From positions 43,989 through 107,988 of the forward strand of contig JBEKDZ010000001.1 of assembly GCA_050014095.1 (NCBI GenBank): a stretch of 64,000 nucleotides of DNA, given 5' to 3'. The stretch is from Dehalococcoidales bacterium. Its GTDB lineage: Bacteria; Chloroflexota; Dehalococcoidia; Dehalococcoidales; RBG-16-60-22. This document shows, piece by piece, positions 15,475-25,304 of the stretch. The notes beneath the pieces were generated by a model. It saw only the letters and a list, made by a program, of their open reading frames with translations. It did no database searches and was not told the origin of the DNA. A program made the translations under genes and the position numbers. The stretch's first letter is position 1. The number at the start of each line of letters is the position of its first letter.

Positions 15475-17166
15475 ATGAACAAGATAGATAAACTCGGCAC
15501 CGTCATTACCACTGATGTTCTGGTGCTGGGGTCGGGCGGGGCAGGCATATGTGCGGCGCTAAAAGCCAAGGAAAGCAACGTGGATGTGCTGCTAATAGAT
15601 AAAATGGGCATCGGCTGGAATGGGCAGGTGCCCATCGGTGGGGGTATCCTCGCTTACGTTTATCCGGATTACGCCGAAAAATGGGCGGAGAAGGTCACTA
15701 AAGACAGCCGCTATTTCAATAACCAGGACTGGACATTCGCCTTCGGCAAATATATGCATAAATCGACCATGGACTTAGCCGCCATGGGCTTGACTTTCTT
15801 CAGAAACAAAGGCGAGTTGAACATCCTCAACTGGGGACCGAATATCTACGTCACCCTCTTCGACGCCCCGAAGTCGCTGGTGGCTTTAAAAAAGACGGCC
15901 ATGGCGCGCGGCGTAAGAATGCAGGACAAGATTTACGCCATCGACCTGCTTAAAAACGACGGTAAAGTGGTGGGGGCTATCGGTTTAGGACTGGTGGACG
16001 GCAAGACCTACCTCTTTAATGCCAAGTCGGTCATTATCGCTACCGGTAACTGCGGCTACATGCACGAGAAAACCTATAGCTCCGTCCTCGGGGAGGGCCC
16101 GGCGATGGGCTACCGCGCCGGCGCGCAGCTGGTCAACGCCGAGTTCAGCAGCAGCTATGTTTGGGGCATTAAAATCCTCGGCAAAGAGCTGATGGGTATC
16201 CATTTTTACCTCTATTTAGAGAATGCCCGCGGCGAGAAAATCATGGGCAAATATTACCCGGAGCTGATGGTCGGTAAGCACTCGGTCTATACCTTCGACC
16301 CGCGTGTTATCGACGCTATGCAGAAGGAGGTACAAGCCGGACTCGGTCCTATCTATTTGAATCTCCAAGGGTTATCCGAGGCTGATATTGCCGGACTCGC
16401 CGAAGACCAGGTGGAAGGGCTGACCCACCTCATGGGCAACGACACGATGAAGCTCCTTAGAGAAAAGGCGGGCATCGATCCCTCAAAAGAGAGAATGGAG
16501 ATGTGGCCGCGGTATCTCTACAGCGGCGGGGGACTGCGCATCGATATCAACGGCAAGACTACCTTGGACGGACTCTACGCCGCCGGCGGCGCCAGTAGCA
16601 ACAGCTGGTCGGGCGGGGGCGGTGGACAGGGCGGCTTAGGCGTACAGTCCGCGGCGGTAACGGGGTTCGTGGCGGGGCAAGGTGCGGCCAAATACGCCGG
16701 CGAAAACAAACGACTGGACATAGATTTTAACCAGGCAAAAAGCATCCTTGAAAGAGTCATGGCTCCGATGCAGCGTAAGGGCGATACCGATGCCGCGGAG
16801 GTCGCCTACCGCGTCCATGAAGCGGTCGTCCCGATGAAGTACAATCGCCAGCGTACAGCCGACAGGATGCAAGAGGCGCTGGACATCGTGCAGGATGCCC
16901 GGGAAAAATTAAACCGCGTGGGCGCCGATGATTTCCACGACCTGGCGCGCTATCACTCCGCAGAGAGCATGGCGATGGCAGCGGAGTTCACCTATAAAGC
17001 TGCCCTAATGCGTGAGGAAAGCCGCGCCGGTCATTTCCGTGAGGACTTCCCCAACCGGGACGATAAAAACTGGTTCAAATGGATAACCATCGAGCTGCAG
17101 GACGGCAATCCACATTTAGCCACCCTGCCGGTGCCTATCGAAAAATATAAACTACAACCTAAGTAA
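15475..17166 (+). CDS. FAD-dependent oxidoreductase, SdhA/FrdA/AprA superfamily
   Basis: DVLVLGSGGAG, VIIATG, GLYAAG, C-terminal REESRAGHFREDFPNRDD. Confidence 0.85.
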   Translation: MNKIDKLGTVITTDVLVLGSGGAGICAALKAKESNVDVLLIDKMGIGWNGQVPIGGGILAYVYPDYAEKWAEKVTKDSRYFNNQDWTFAFGKYMHKSTMDLAAMGLTFFRNKGELNILNWGPNIYVTLFDAPKSLVALKKTAMARGVRMQDKIYAIDLLKNDGKVVGAIGLGLVDGKTYLFNAKSVIIATGNCGYMHEKTYSSVLGEGPAMGYRAGAQLVNAEFSSSYVWGIKILGKELMGIHFYLYLENARGEKIMGKYYPELMVGKHSVYTFDPRVIDAMQKEVQAGLGPIYLNLQGLSEADIAGLAEDQVEGLTHLMGNDTMKLLREKAGIDPSKERMEMWPRYLYSGGGLRIDINGKTTLDGLYAAGGASSNSWSGGGGGQGGLGVQSAAVTGFVAGQGAAKYAGENKRLDIDFNQAKSILERVMAPMQRKGDTDAAEVAYRVHEAVVPMKYNRQRTADRMQEALDIVQDAREKLNRVGADDFHDLARYHSAESMAMAAEFTYKAALMREESRAGHFREDFPNRDDKNWFKWITIELQDGNPHLATLPVPIEKYKLQPK

Positions 17167-17195
17167 CCAAATTAATAAAAAAGGGGGTACATAGC

Positions 17196-17296
17196 GAGAG
17201 GGGGCTGCGCCCCCTCTCCATAACCTCCCCCTCTCCAAACAAATGAAACATTGTATTAGCCATTCTATGGTTTGGAGAGGGGGTTAGGGGGTGAGG
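17196..17296. repeat. Partial copy of the palindromic element at 879-1104
   Basis: GAGAGGGGGCTGCGCCCCCTCTC, then hairpin CCCCCTCTCCAAAC...GTTTGGAGAGGGGG, then GGGGGTGAGG. Confidence 0.8.
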
Positions 17297-17328
17297 CTAA
17301 TCTTAGATCCAAATATTAGTAGATCCCT

Positions 17329-17386
17329 TTGACATTTTATTTTCTACCAGATATCATTATATTATAACGACACGATATATCGTCAT
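17329..17386 (+). promoter_or_regulatory. Sigma70 promoter with downstream palindromic operator
   Basis: TTGACA-N17-TATCAT, then the perfect palindrome ACGATATATCGT (17372-17383). Confidence 0.6.
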
Positions 17387-17401
17387 ATAGCGGAGGTTAC
17401 T

Positions 17402-17992
17402 ATGCTTAAAAGATTGGCCATTACCACTCAACCATTACCCTTATCTTTAAAACTCACTAATGTTAAAACCTACGGCATCATCGCCGCGTTTGTGGTGCTA
17501 AGCGTACTCACGCCGTGGGCGTTTCACCAATTCCCAACGGCCGGCGCCACCTATCTCCCGATGCACTTCTTCATCTTCGTCGCCGCGCTCACCTGCGGCT
17601 GGCAGGCTGGCGCTATCGTCGGTTTGCTGACGCCATTTGCCAGTTATTTGGTTTCCGGCATGCCCGTAATGACCGTCCTGCCCCAGATAGCCGTGGAAGT
17701 AACCGTCTACGGTCTGCTGGCAGGACTCTTACGCCAGAAGTTCAACCTGCGCGTGGTTTGGTCGTTGCTGGGCGCCATGGTCGGCGGACGCCTCGCCCTG
17801 CTAATCGCCGTAGCTATCGTGCAGGCAATCACCGGCAACGTGTACAGTCCGCTCGGTCCCTCCGCCACCCCCTTCAGCGCCGTCTGGAATACGGTCGCCC
17901 AGGCTTGGCCCGGTATGCTTATCCAGCTTATCCTGATTCCGGTGGCTTTCTGGGTGGTCAGCCGCTTGAGCGCGAAAAAACAGACCGAGTAG
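17402..17992 (+). CDS. ECF transporter S-component-like membrane protein
   Basis: About 6 TM helices; LPMHF...G..AGAIVGLLTP..S...SGMP and C-terminal PGMLIQLILIP. Confidence 0.75.
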   Translation: MLKRLAITTQPLPLSLKLTNVKTYGIIAAFVVLSVLTPWAFHQFPTAGATYLPMHFFIFVAALTCGWQAGAIVGLLTPFASYLVSGMPVMTVLPQIAVEVTVYGLLAGLLRQKFNLRVVWSLLGAMVGGRLALLIAVAIVQAITGNVYSPLGPSATPFSAVWNTVAQAWPGMLIQLILIPVAFWVVSRLSAKKQTE

Positions 17993-17996
17993 CTTG

Positions 17997-18410
17997 ATGG
18001 ACACGGATTTGTTCAGCGCGTTCCTGGCCAGCAATGACACGCTGCGGATATACCGGGACGAAACGCTTATCTTTTCGTCGGACAAAGACCGGCTGCTGCC
18101 CCTGATGGAATACCTTGCGGATTATGGTCCGGAGCAGACGCCGGTTATTATTCTCGATAAAATCATGGGCAATGCCGCCGCCCTGCTGGCGGTTAAGGCT
18201 AATTGCCGTGAGGTGTATAGTCCTTTAGGCAGCGAGTTCGCCATCAAAACGCTGGAAAAATTCAGCATCGCATACCACCTGACGGAAACCGTTCCCTATA
18301 TCATACGGCCGGACGGCAAAGGGATGTGCCCCATGGAAAAGCTCTCCATCGGCAAAGAGCCGGAGGAATTTTATCAGGAAATGAAAGCCCGCATCAAGGC
18401 AAAAACATAA
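17997..18410 (+). CDS. DUF1893 (TM1506-like) protein
   Basis: LLPL, DKIMGNAAALL, SEFA, IIRPDGKGMCPMEK. Confidence 0.8.
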   Translation: MDTDLFSAFLASNDTLRIYRDETLIFSSDKDRLLPLMEYLADYGPEQTPVIILDKIMGNAAALLAVKANCREVYSPLGSEFAIKTLEKFSIAYHLTETVPYIIRPDGKGMCPMEKLSIGKEPEEFYQEMKARIKAKT

Positions 18411-18430
18411 ATCGATTCAAAAGAGGTAAC

Positions 18431-19468
18431 ATGGAAAAGATAAAACTGGGCAAGACGGGCATGATGGTAACGCGGCTGGGCTTCGGCGGGATACCTATCC
18501 AGCGTCTGAACGAAGCCGACGCCGTGAAAGTAGTGCAAAAGTGCCTCGACCTCGGTATCAATTACCTCGACACCGCCAACGGCTATTCCACCAGCGAGGA
18601 ACGCATCGGCAAGGCGGTTAAGGGGCGGCGACATGATGTTTTTATCGCCACCAAGACCTTCCCCGGCACCCCGGATATTATCGAGAAAAACCTTGAACTC
18701 TCCCTCAAACGACTGGACACCGACTATATCGATTTATACCAGTTCCACGGCATTAACGATAAAGCTACCCTCGATAAAATCCTCGACCCGGAGAACGGGC
18801 TTTATAAGGTATTTGAAAAAGCCAAAAAAGCCGGTAAGATAAGGCATATCGGCATTACCTCCCACCAGATGGACGCCGCCAAACTAGAAATCAAGTCAGG
18901 CCGCTTCGAGACCATCATGTTCCCCTTCAACTTCATCACCAACGAGCCCGCTAAAGAGTTGCTGCCCTTATGCCGCGAGCAGGAAATGGGCTTCATCGTG
19001 ATGAAACCTTTAGCCGGCGGCATGCTGGATAACGCCACCATTGCTTTCAAGTACCTCTTACAGTTCCCGGATGTGGTGGCCATACCCGGCATTGAAAAGG
19101 TGCATGAAATCGAAGAAATTGCCGCCATTTATGAAGGTACGCAAAAGATAACTGCCGCCGAACGCAAAGAAATGAAGCGGATGACGGAAGAGCTGGGCAC
19201 GCGGTTCTGCCGCCGCTGCGATTACTGCCAGCCCTGTGCGCAGGGCATACCTATATCTTTAATTATGACCTTCCCCACCTTCGTTAAACGCCTGCCGCCG
19301 GACTGGTATCTCAAGAGTCCCTTTATCCCCGACGGCATGGCGAAAGCCGCCAGCTGTACCGAGTGCGGCGAATGTGAGACGCGATGTCCCTTCAAGCTCC
19401 CCATCCGGGAGATGATTAAAGAAGGCTATAACCTCTTCGAGCAGGTAAAAGCCGCCAACACTAAATAA
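18431..19468 (+). CDS. Aldo/keto reductase with C-terminal Fe-S domain
   Basis: LGKTG, YLDTANGY, IATK, DYIDLYQFH, CRRCDYCQPC and CTECGECETRCP. Start after RBS GAGG. Confidence 0.9.
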   Translation: MEKIKLGKTGMMVTRLGFGGIPIQRLNEADAVKVVQKCLDLGINYLDTANGYSTSEERIGKAVKGRRHDVFIATKTFPGTPDIIEKNLELSLKRLDTDYIDLYQFHGINDKATLDKILDPENGLYKVFEKAKKAGKIRHIGITSHQMDAAKLEIKSGRFETIMFPFNFITNEPAKELLPLCREQEMGFIVMKPLAGGMLDNATIAFKYLLQFPDVVAIPGIEKVHEIEEIAAIYEGTQKITAAERKEMKRMTEELGTRFCRRCDYCQPCAQGIPISLIMTFPTFVKRLPPDWYLKSPFIPDGMAKAASCTECGECETRCPFKLPIREMIKEGYNLFEQVKAANTK

Positions 19469-19547
19469 ATTTCTCTAAAAAACAAGACAAACCTGCTGTA
19501 AAGGTATATAATTCTCCCAAACATATATTTGCGAAGGAGGTATCCCC

Positions 19548-19991
19548 ATGGCAACCAGCGAAAGAGCCAGACTGGAAAAATACTTTAAAAAAAGCGTCAT
19601 AACCAATAAAACCCCCCACCCCGAGGTTACTGCCCCGCGTCTCGGTCTCCACAGCGATAAAGAATACGGCAACCGCAACTTCTCCATGAGCTGGTGGGCG
19701 ATTACTGAACCGTTTGTTATGGTGACGGACTGCCATGCTCACGATTTCGACCAGTTCCTTATTTTCGTGGGAGGCGACCTCACCAATATGCCCAAATTAG
19801 GCGGTGAAGTAGAGCTGACGTTGAGCCTGGACGGCAAGAAGCTGGAAAAGTTCGTCATTACCGAGGCCTGCACCGTCTTTGTACCGGCTGGACTTTATCA
19901 CTGCCCGCTCAACTTTAAAAAGATTAACGACCCCAAGAAGCCCATCCTCTTCCACGACCTGTTCTTCTCGCCGGAATATAAGCGCAAGTAA
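19548..19991 (+). CDS. Uncharacterised cupin-like protein, paralog 1
   Basis: HAHDFDQ...LGGEVEL...VFVPAGLYHCPL. Confidence 0.7.
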   Translation: MATSERARLEKYFKKSVITNKTPHPEVTAPRLGLHSDKEYGNRNFSMSWWAITEPFVMVTDCHAHDFDQFLIFVGGDLTNMPKLGGEVELTLSLDGKKLEKFVITEACTVFVPAGLYHCPLNFKKINDPKKPILFHDLFFSPEYKRK

Positions 19992-20099
19992 AGGGCAAAC
20001 GCTAGATAAAGGCGGGCATGCAATAAAAATCAGTGTGCCCGCTATTTTTTCCGTTATTAGTCATTCCAGCGAAAGCTGTAATCCAGAGAAGGGTGGAAG

Positions 20100-20618
20100 A
20101 TGGAAATCCTCCAGATTCTTGATACGATTGTTCGGCAACAATCTATCATTTCGCTGCTGGAACAGTTAATAGTACGAGTTGAAAAAAAGCTAAGCAGCGA
20201 CCGTGGAGCTTTACTCAGCTGGGAGACAGTACCTCTCGAAGTTTTTAGTAAGACTCTACCCAATACCATTAAATCAAGTTGGGTATTTGTTCTTAGAGCC
20301 AACTCTTGCACCGGTGCCGAAAGACACCCTAATAGCCATCAGCGTATGATATCCTTTCATGGTTCAGGCGACCTTCAAGTATGGGATGGAGAAAAATGGT
20401 GTTCAAACCTTCTTGTTAGCGATACATCTGCCCAAATAGAGAAACGTTGCCTATCAATTCCGCCTACAACTTGGCATCAGGCAGTTGTACCAGAAAACAA
20501 CTGGGTAGTTGTTTCTTTTCATACGGTCCTCGCAAATGAGCTGATCGAGGAACGCCCAGACCCTAATGATCCGCAATTGACATATAAGCGCAAATACATA
20601 GAAAAACAGACCTTGTAG
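20100..20618 (+). CDS. Hypothetical cupin-fold protein
   Basis: ERHPNSHQ and IPPTTWHQ motifs; more AT-rich than its neighbours. Confidence 0.55.
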   Translation: MEILQILDTIVRQQSIISLLEQLIVRVEKKLSSDRGALLSWETVPLEVFSKTLPNTIKSSWVFVLRANSCTGAERHPNSHQRMISFHGSGDLQVWDGEKWCSNLLVSDTSAQIEKRCLSIPPTTWHQAVVPENNWVVVSFHTVLANELIEERPDPNDPQLTYKRKYIEKQTL

Positions 20619-20630
20619 GAGGCAATAAAA

Positions 20631-21380
20631 ATGGACACAGCTTTTAAAAAAAAATTCCAAATGCTCTGGAAAAAGTACTTCAATAACGCCGCTTTGCCTA
20701 TCACCTTTTACTACACCGATAAGCCGGTAAATGCTGAAGCGGTCAAGGCGGGGTCGGTGCCGCAATGCGTCATTGGGGCGCTGGTCAAGGTTCAGCGGGG
20801 ACAGTCCCTCGCCTTTGATGTCGACGCGGTAGGCTGCTCTGGCGGCAAAAGATACCTCGGCTTCGCAGAAAACCTCATGCCCAATTTCGAGTATTTTCTC
20901 TCCTGCGGCATTCCCGGCAAACTGGAGGGCGAACGCTATAAAAAGTCGCCGGAGATGGTCAAAGAGTACATGCAAAAACACGCGCCGATACTGAAAGCGC
21001 CCGGCAAGTATATCGTCTTTAAGAGATGGGACAATCTAGATGCCAGTGACAATCCGGACGTCGTTATCTTCTTCGTCGAGCCGGATGCACTTTCAGGGCT
21101 TTATACGCTCGTCAGTTTCGATGAAGTGGAGCAGGACATGGTTATCGCCCCATTCGGCTCCGGCTGCGCCTCTATCATCCAATATCCGTTCATGGAGGTA
21201 AAGTCCGCGCATCCTCGGTCGGTCATCGGTATGTTCGACGTCTCGGCGCGCCCCTTTGTCGACAAAAACACTCTCGCTTTCTCCGTCCCGATGAGCAAGT
21301 TCCGGAAAATGGTGGATAATATGGAGGAAAGCTTCCTCATCACGCCGTCCTGGGCTAAGGTGCAGAAGCGTATTAAGTGA
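20631..21380 (+). CDS. DUF169-like protein
   Basis: CSGGKRYLGF, PDVVIFF, APFGSGC, IGMFDVSAR. Confidence 0.75.
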   Translation: MDTAFKKKFQMLWKKYFNNAALPITFYYTDKPVNAEAVKAGSVPQCVIGALVKVQRGQSLAFDVDAVGCSGGKRYLGFAENLMPNFEYFLSCGIPGKLEGERYKKSPEMVKEYMQKHAPILKAPGKYIVFKRWDNLDASDNPDVVIFFVEPDALSGLYTLVSFDEVEQDMVIAPFGSGCASIIQYPFMEVKSAHPRSVIGMFDVSARPFVDKNTLAFSVPMSKFRKMVDNMEESFLITPSWAKVQKRIK

Positions 21381-21421
21381 TTTAGAATTGAAGATTAAAG
21401 GACTAACAAGAGGAGACATTG

Positions 21422-22336
21422 ATGACCAAGATAAGTCTGGTGCGAACGAACGACAGGACGGCAGGCACGCGTCAAGCCATCGAGCTGCTCAAGATAAATC
21501 CCGTCAAGGGCAAGGCGGTCGTTCTCAAGCCCAATTTCAATACCGCCGACCCCGCCCCCGGCTCCACCCATTACGATACCCTGTACTCGCTGATTAGCAA
21601 ACTTAAAGAGATGGGCGCCAAGAAAATTACGCTGGCAGAACGTAGCGGTCCCGGACCCACCACCCACGATAATATGGAGAAAAAGGGCGTCTTTAGAATG
21701 GCTAAAGAGCTGGGGTTCGACATCCTGGATTTGCAGGCGATGCCTAAAGACGGTTGGGTTTTAGTGAAGCCGAAGGACAGCCACTGGAAAGACGGATTCC
21801 TCTTCCCTAAAATTTACCGAGAAGCCGAATCCGTCGTGACCACCTGCTGTCTCAAGACGCACCAGTTCGGCGGGCATTTTACGCTTTCGCTTAAGTTATC
21901 CGTGGGCATGGTGCCGCCGGGTTTAGGTCCCCCCAGCGCGGGGGGTTACCCTTATATGAACGAGCTGCACTCTTCACCTTACCAGCGGCAGCTGATTGCC
22001 GAGATAAACACCGCCTATTCGCCGGACTTAATCGTACTGGACGGGGTGGAGGCTTTCGTGGACGGGGGACCGCACATCGGGACGCGGAAAAACGCCAATG
22101 TAATTTTAGGCGGCACCGACCGCGTAGCGATAGACGCCGTGGGCGTGGCGATACTGCGTCAACTTGGTACGACGCCAGAGGTGAGTAAAGGCAAAATCTT
22201 CGAGCAAGACCAGATTAAGCGGGCGGCGGAGCTAGGGCTGGGCGTTAAGTCCGCCGACCAGATAGAGATTGTGACAGGGGATAAAGAGAGCGAGGATTAC
22301 GCTAAAGAGATAAGGGGGGTATTGGGGAAGGGGTAG
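21422..22336 (+). CDS. DUF362 domain protein
   Basis: VVLKPNF, LKTH, TLSLK, DRVAIDAV. Confidence 0.8.
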   Translation: MTKISLVRTNDRTAGTRQAIELLKINPVKGKAVVLKPNFNTADPAPGSTHYDTLYSLISKLKEMGAKKITLAERSGPGPTTHDNMEKKGVFRMAKELGFDILDLQAMPKDGWVLVKPKDSHWKDGFLFPKIYREAESVVTTCCLKTHQFGGHFTLSLKLSVGMVPPGLGPPSAGGYPYMNELHSSPYQRQLIAEINTAYSPDLIVLDGVEAFVDGGPHIGTRKNANVILGGTDRVAIDAVGVAILRQLGTTPEVSKGKIFEQDQIKRAAELGLGVKSADQIEIVTGDKESEDYAKEIRGVLGKG

Positions 22337-22606
22337 ATAAACAATGTGTCATGTTATATAGTTATCGTCAGATATTCCTATAGCCTATCCTCGATTATTA
22401 ATACCCACTAACGTTTTCTAACCAATCGTAAACAACTCATTATTTTTATCGTTTTAGGTCATGTTTTTATAGAAATTGTGATTTATTTTTTAATTTATGT
22501 TGACAAAAGACCAATAATAGTTTTAAAATAACTGCCAAGATATTAATAAAAACGAAAAAATGCAAAGAAGTTTTATCAATAAAAAAATAATATTAGCGAG
22601 GCTGTT

Positions 22607-23230
22607 ATGAAAAAATTAATAAAAATCTTAACCTTAGTGATTATCACTGCCACTATTATTGCACTTTTCGTTGGTTGTGCTGGCACACCAGGAGCAACAG
22701 GGCCGCAAGGACCAGCGGGACTACCAGGAGCAATAGGGCCACAGGGAGCAGCAGGACTACCAGGAGCAGCGGGGTCACAGGGAGCAACGGGACCGCAAGG
22801 ACCGGCGGGACTACCAGGAGCAGCGGCGGCACAAGGCGCACCGGGGCCACAGGGACCAGCAGGAGCAACGGGGCCACAGGGACCAGGAGGGCCACAAGGA
22901 CCAGCAGGAGCAACTGGGCCACAAGGACCAGCGGGACTACCAGGAGCAGCGGGAACAAATTATGTTGTAGCCATGGGCACTGTTGATTCTACGGGAAATC
23001 CGCATAATATGTATAACGTCATGACGGTCATATGGAATACCACTTATCAACGGTGGGATATTGAACTGATAGGCATTAGTTATTTAGTATGGAACTATGT
23101 AACAGTCGTTACCCCATTTAGTGGATTTGCTACCCAAGGTAGTTTAGGTGGCAAGCTGACTATAACAATATATGACGCAGCTGGAAATAAAATTAAGGAG
23201 GGATGTTCTTTTGTAGTTTTCAGCCATTAG
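22607..23230 (+). CDS. Collagen-like lipoprotein
   Basis: Signal peptide ending FVGC, 31 triplets of Gly-X-Y register with one AAQ interruption, small C-terminal domain. Confidence 0.85.
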   Translation: MKKLIKILTLVIITATIIALFVGCAGTPGATGPQGPAGLPGAIGPQGAAGLPGAAGSQGATGPQGPAGLPGAAAAQGAPGPQGPAGATGPQGPGGPQGPAGATGPQGPAGLPGAAGTNYVVAMGTVDSTGNPHNMYNVMTVIWNTTYQRWDIELIGISYLVWNYVTVVTPFSGFATQGSLGGKLTITIYDAAGNKIKEGCSFVVFSH

Positions 23231-23360
23231 TCACTTGTGCACAAAACGAGAGAAATCCTCCTTTCAAATCTTAATTGTAATAGCGATTTAGATATAACAA
23301 TTTCGTTATGGACTCAATCCTTTTATATGGATTGATTCGGTTGTCAATACCTGGGAGCTA

Positions 23361-23526
23361 GTAGCCCGTAGCGTGGGTGGAGCACAGCGCAACCCATCAA
23401 TCCATCTCGACGAAAGCATGCCCCGTACTCGATACGGGGTCGGGATCCAGGTAGTCCGCATTAGTATCAACTACGCCTAGATAAAGCAATGTCGAATCCC
23501 TGGATTCCCGGTTTTCACCGGAATGG
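23361..23526. repeat. Cluster of REP-like palindromic repeats
   Basis: GTAG..GGGTGGAGCACAGCGCAACCC, CCCCGTACTCGATACGGGG, and GGATCCAG...CTGGATTCC. Confidence 0.7.
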
Positions 23527-23553
23527 TTTTATTTTTTGCCCCCATAATTTTTT

Positions 23554-23820
23554 CCTCTCCCCTTGCGGGAGAGGATTAAGGTGAGAGGAATCCTGACTTT
23601 AAAATCCCTCTCACTCTCCTTCAGGAAGAATCCTTCAGGATGAATCCCTTTTGTAAAGAGCCTGCCCCGTACTTGATACGGGGGAGACGATGTTATCCTC
23701 TTATTCAGAGCTCTTGTCCCCCTTCCTTGTCTCCCTCTTTCGAAAAGAGGGTTCACCCTGAAGGTTCACCTTGAAAGTCTCACCTTGAAAGGTTCTCCCT
23801 GAAGGGATTAAGGGAGATTT
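23554..23820. repeat. Composite purine/pyrimidine hairpin repeat with nested insertions
   Basis: CCTCTCCCCTTGCGGGAGAGG, CCCTTTTGTAAA..GGGAGACGA and CCCTCTTTCGAAAAGAGGG hairpins in the same order as at 62378-62525, interrupted by 13-14-bp tandem units. Confidence 0.8.
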
Positions 23821-23956
23821 TGCTCCAGACTCACTTTCCCCCTACTATAAACTAATAACTAATTACTAAATATTGCCCTCTCCCTTCTTTTGCCATCCCC
23901 CCTCCCCTTAAGCTAAAATAAACCAGATTAATATTTAGTCAAGCTTCTTTTTAAAT

Positions 23957-25120
23957 ATGAACAAACGCCTGATATTAACTGCTTGCTTTTTAACGGTGTT
24001 CGTCGCCTATGCCGTCAGGTACGGCTACGGCATCCTACTCCCGGAAATGCTCGATTCGTTGGGTATTACCAAGACAGATGCCGGCGTCATCTTCTCCGCA
24101 TTTTTTATCGCCTATACCGTCGCCTCGCCAGTCTGCGGGTATATCGCCGACCGTTATGGCTCGCGGTGGCTGCTGGCGTCATTCGTTATAGCGCTGGGGG
24201 TCGGCGCGTTTCTGATGTCGTACGTCACATCGATTTTGCAAGCCAGCCTGTTCTTTACGCTGGCGGGTATCGGGTCAGCGGCATGTTGGGCGCCGGTCAT
24301 GGCGCTGGCGCAAAAGTGGACCAGCCACGAGCATCGGGGCAAAACCCTGGCTTTCATCGATGTCGGTAGTGCCTTGAGCATTATCGTCATGGGTGCTCTA
24401 GAGCCAATTATTATCAAGAATTACGACTGGCGGGCGGGGTGGATGATTCTAGGCGTGATAGGGATTGCCATAGGAATTTTGAACTTCCTGGTAGTGAAAA
24501 ACCCGCCAGATGAACAACAGAATAAAAACCCAACACTGGCTGGCTTACCGCTAACAGCTCTATTAAGCAGCGGCAAGTTCTGGCTGTTTGGATTTGGTTA
24601 CCTGTTTACCGGCTTTTCAATATTGGTACCCTTTACGTTTTTAAGCACCTATGCCGTGCAGGAGCTGTCTTTCTCTTACGACACCGCCGCTTACCTGATG
24701 ATTGCTCTCGGCATCGGCGCGATAGTAAGTAAAATCATCATCGGTCCGCTATCTGATAAAACCGGACGACTTAAGATGATTTTCCTCTGCGGTGTCCTGA
24801 TAAGCCTGGGCTGCCTGGGGATGGCTTACGGGAACGCGGTTACTCTATTTATCGCGGCGTTCGTCTTCGCCTTAGGGTATGGGGCAGTCTGGGCGATGTA
24901 TGCTGCGGCCGCCTCCGACTATTTTCTCAGAGAGTCCTCCGGCACGATTATCGGCTTATGGACGCTTTTTCTGGGTATCGGCTCGGTATTGTCACCAATA
25001 ATATCCGGCTGGCTGGCAGACGCTACTGGCACGCTTACCTGGTCCTTTGGGCTGGGAGCGGCGGGTGGATTAATGTCTGTAGTGCTGCTAATACCGCTTT
25101 GGCAAAAGGGACGGGGCTAG
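23957..25120 (+). CDS. MFS transporter
   Basis: About 12 TM helices; motif A copies GYIADRYGSR and GPLSDKTGR. Confidence 0.9.
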   Translation: MNKRLILTACFLTVFVAYAVRYGYGILLPEMLDSLGITKTDAGVIFSAFFIAYTVASPVCGYIADRYGSRWLLASFVIALGVGAFLMSYVTSILQASLFFTLAGIGSAACWAPVMALAQKWTSHEHRGKTLAFIDVGSALSIIVMGALEPIIIKNYDWRAGWMILGVIGIAIGILNFLVVKNPPDEQQNKNPTLAGLPLTALLSSGKFWLFGFGYLFTGFSILVPFTFLSTYAVQELSFSYDTAAYLMIALGIGAIVSKIIIGPLSDKTGRLKMIFLCGVLISLGCLGMAYGNAVTLFIAAFVFALGYGAVWAMYAAAASDYFLRESSGTIIGLWTLFLGIGSVLSPIISGWLADATGTLTWSFGLGAAGGLMSVVLLIPLWQKGRG

Positions 25121-25138
25121 TATCTTCTCCTCCCCACT

Positions 25139-25260
25139 GTCATTCCCGACCTGATCGGGAATCCAGAACGCTTTTTACCTCTCCTCCTATCCCCCTCTCC
25201 GCTAGCGGAGAGGGGCTCGCCCTGAAAACTCGCTCTGAAGGGGAACTAAAGGGGGTGAGG
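25139..25260. repeat. Palindromic repeats (GTCATTCCCG type and CCCCTCTCC type)
   Basis: GTCATTCCCGACCTGATCGGGAATCCAG, then CCCCTCTCCGCTAGCGGAGAGGGG with two 13-bp units, then GGGGGTGAGG. Confidence 0.75.
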
Positions 25261-25304
25261 TTGTTTTTTGCCATTCGGCACATCTTTACGCTACAATATA
25301 TCCC

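Noticed and set aside
15138-17166. Calling the pair aprBA or sdhA
   Set aside because: Diagnostic residues and partner genes are not evident, so the call is kept at superfamily level.
22656-22986. Alternative-frame repetitive ORFs over the collagen-like gene
   Set aside because: By-products of the Gly-X-Y codon repeats.
23529-23756. Short ORFs over repeat clusters (also 10654, 28590, 32060, 62345, 62567)
   Set aside because: These are translations of GC-rich palindromes (PLSRKGRG, CPVLDTG, TLSISKG), not credible genes.
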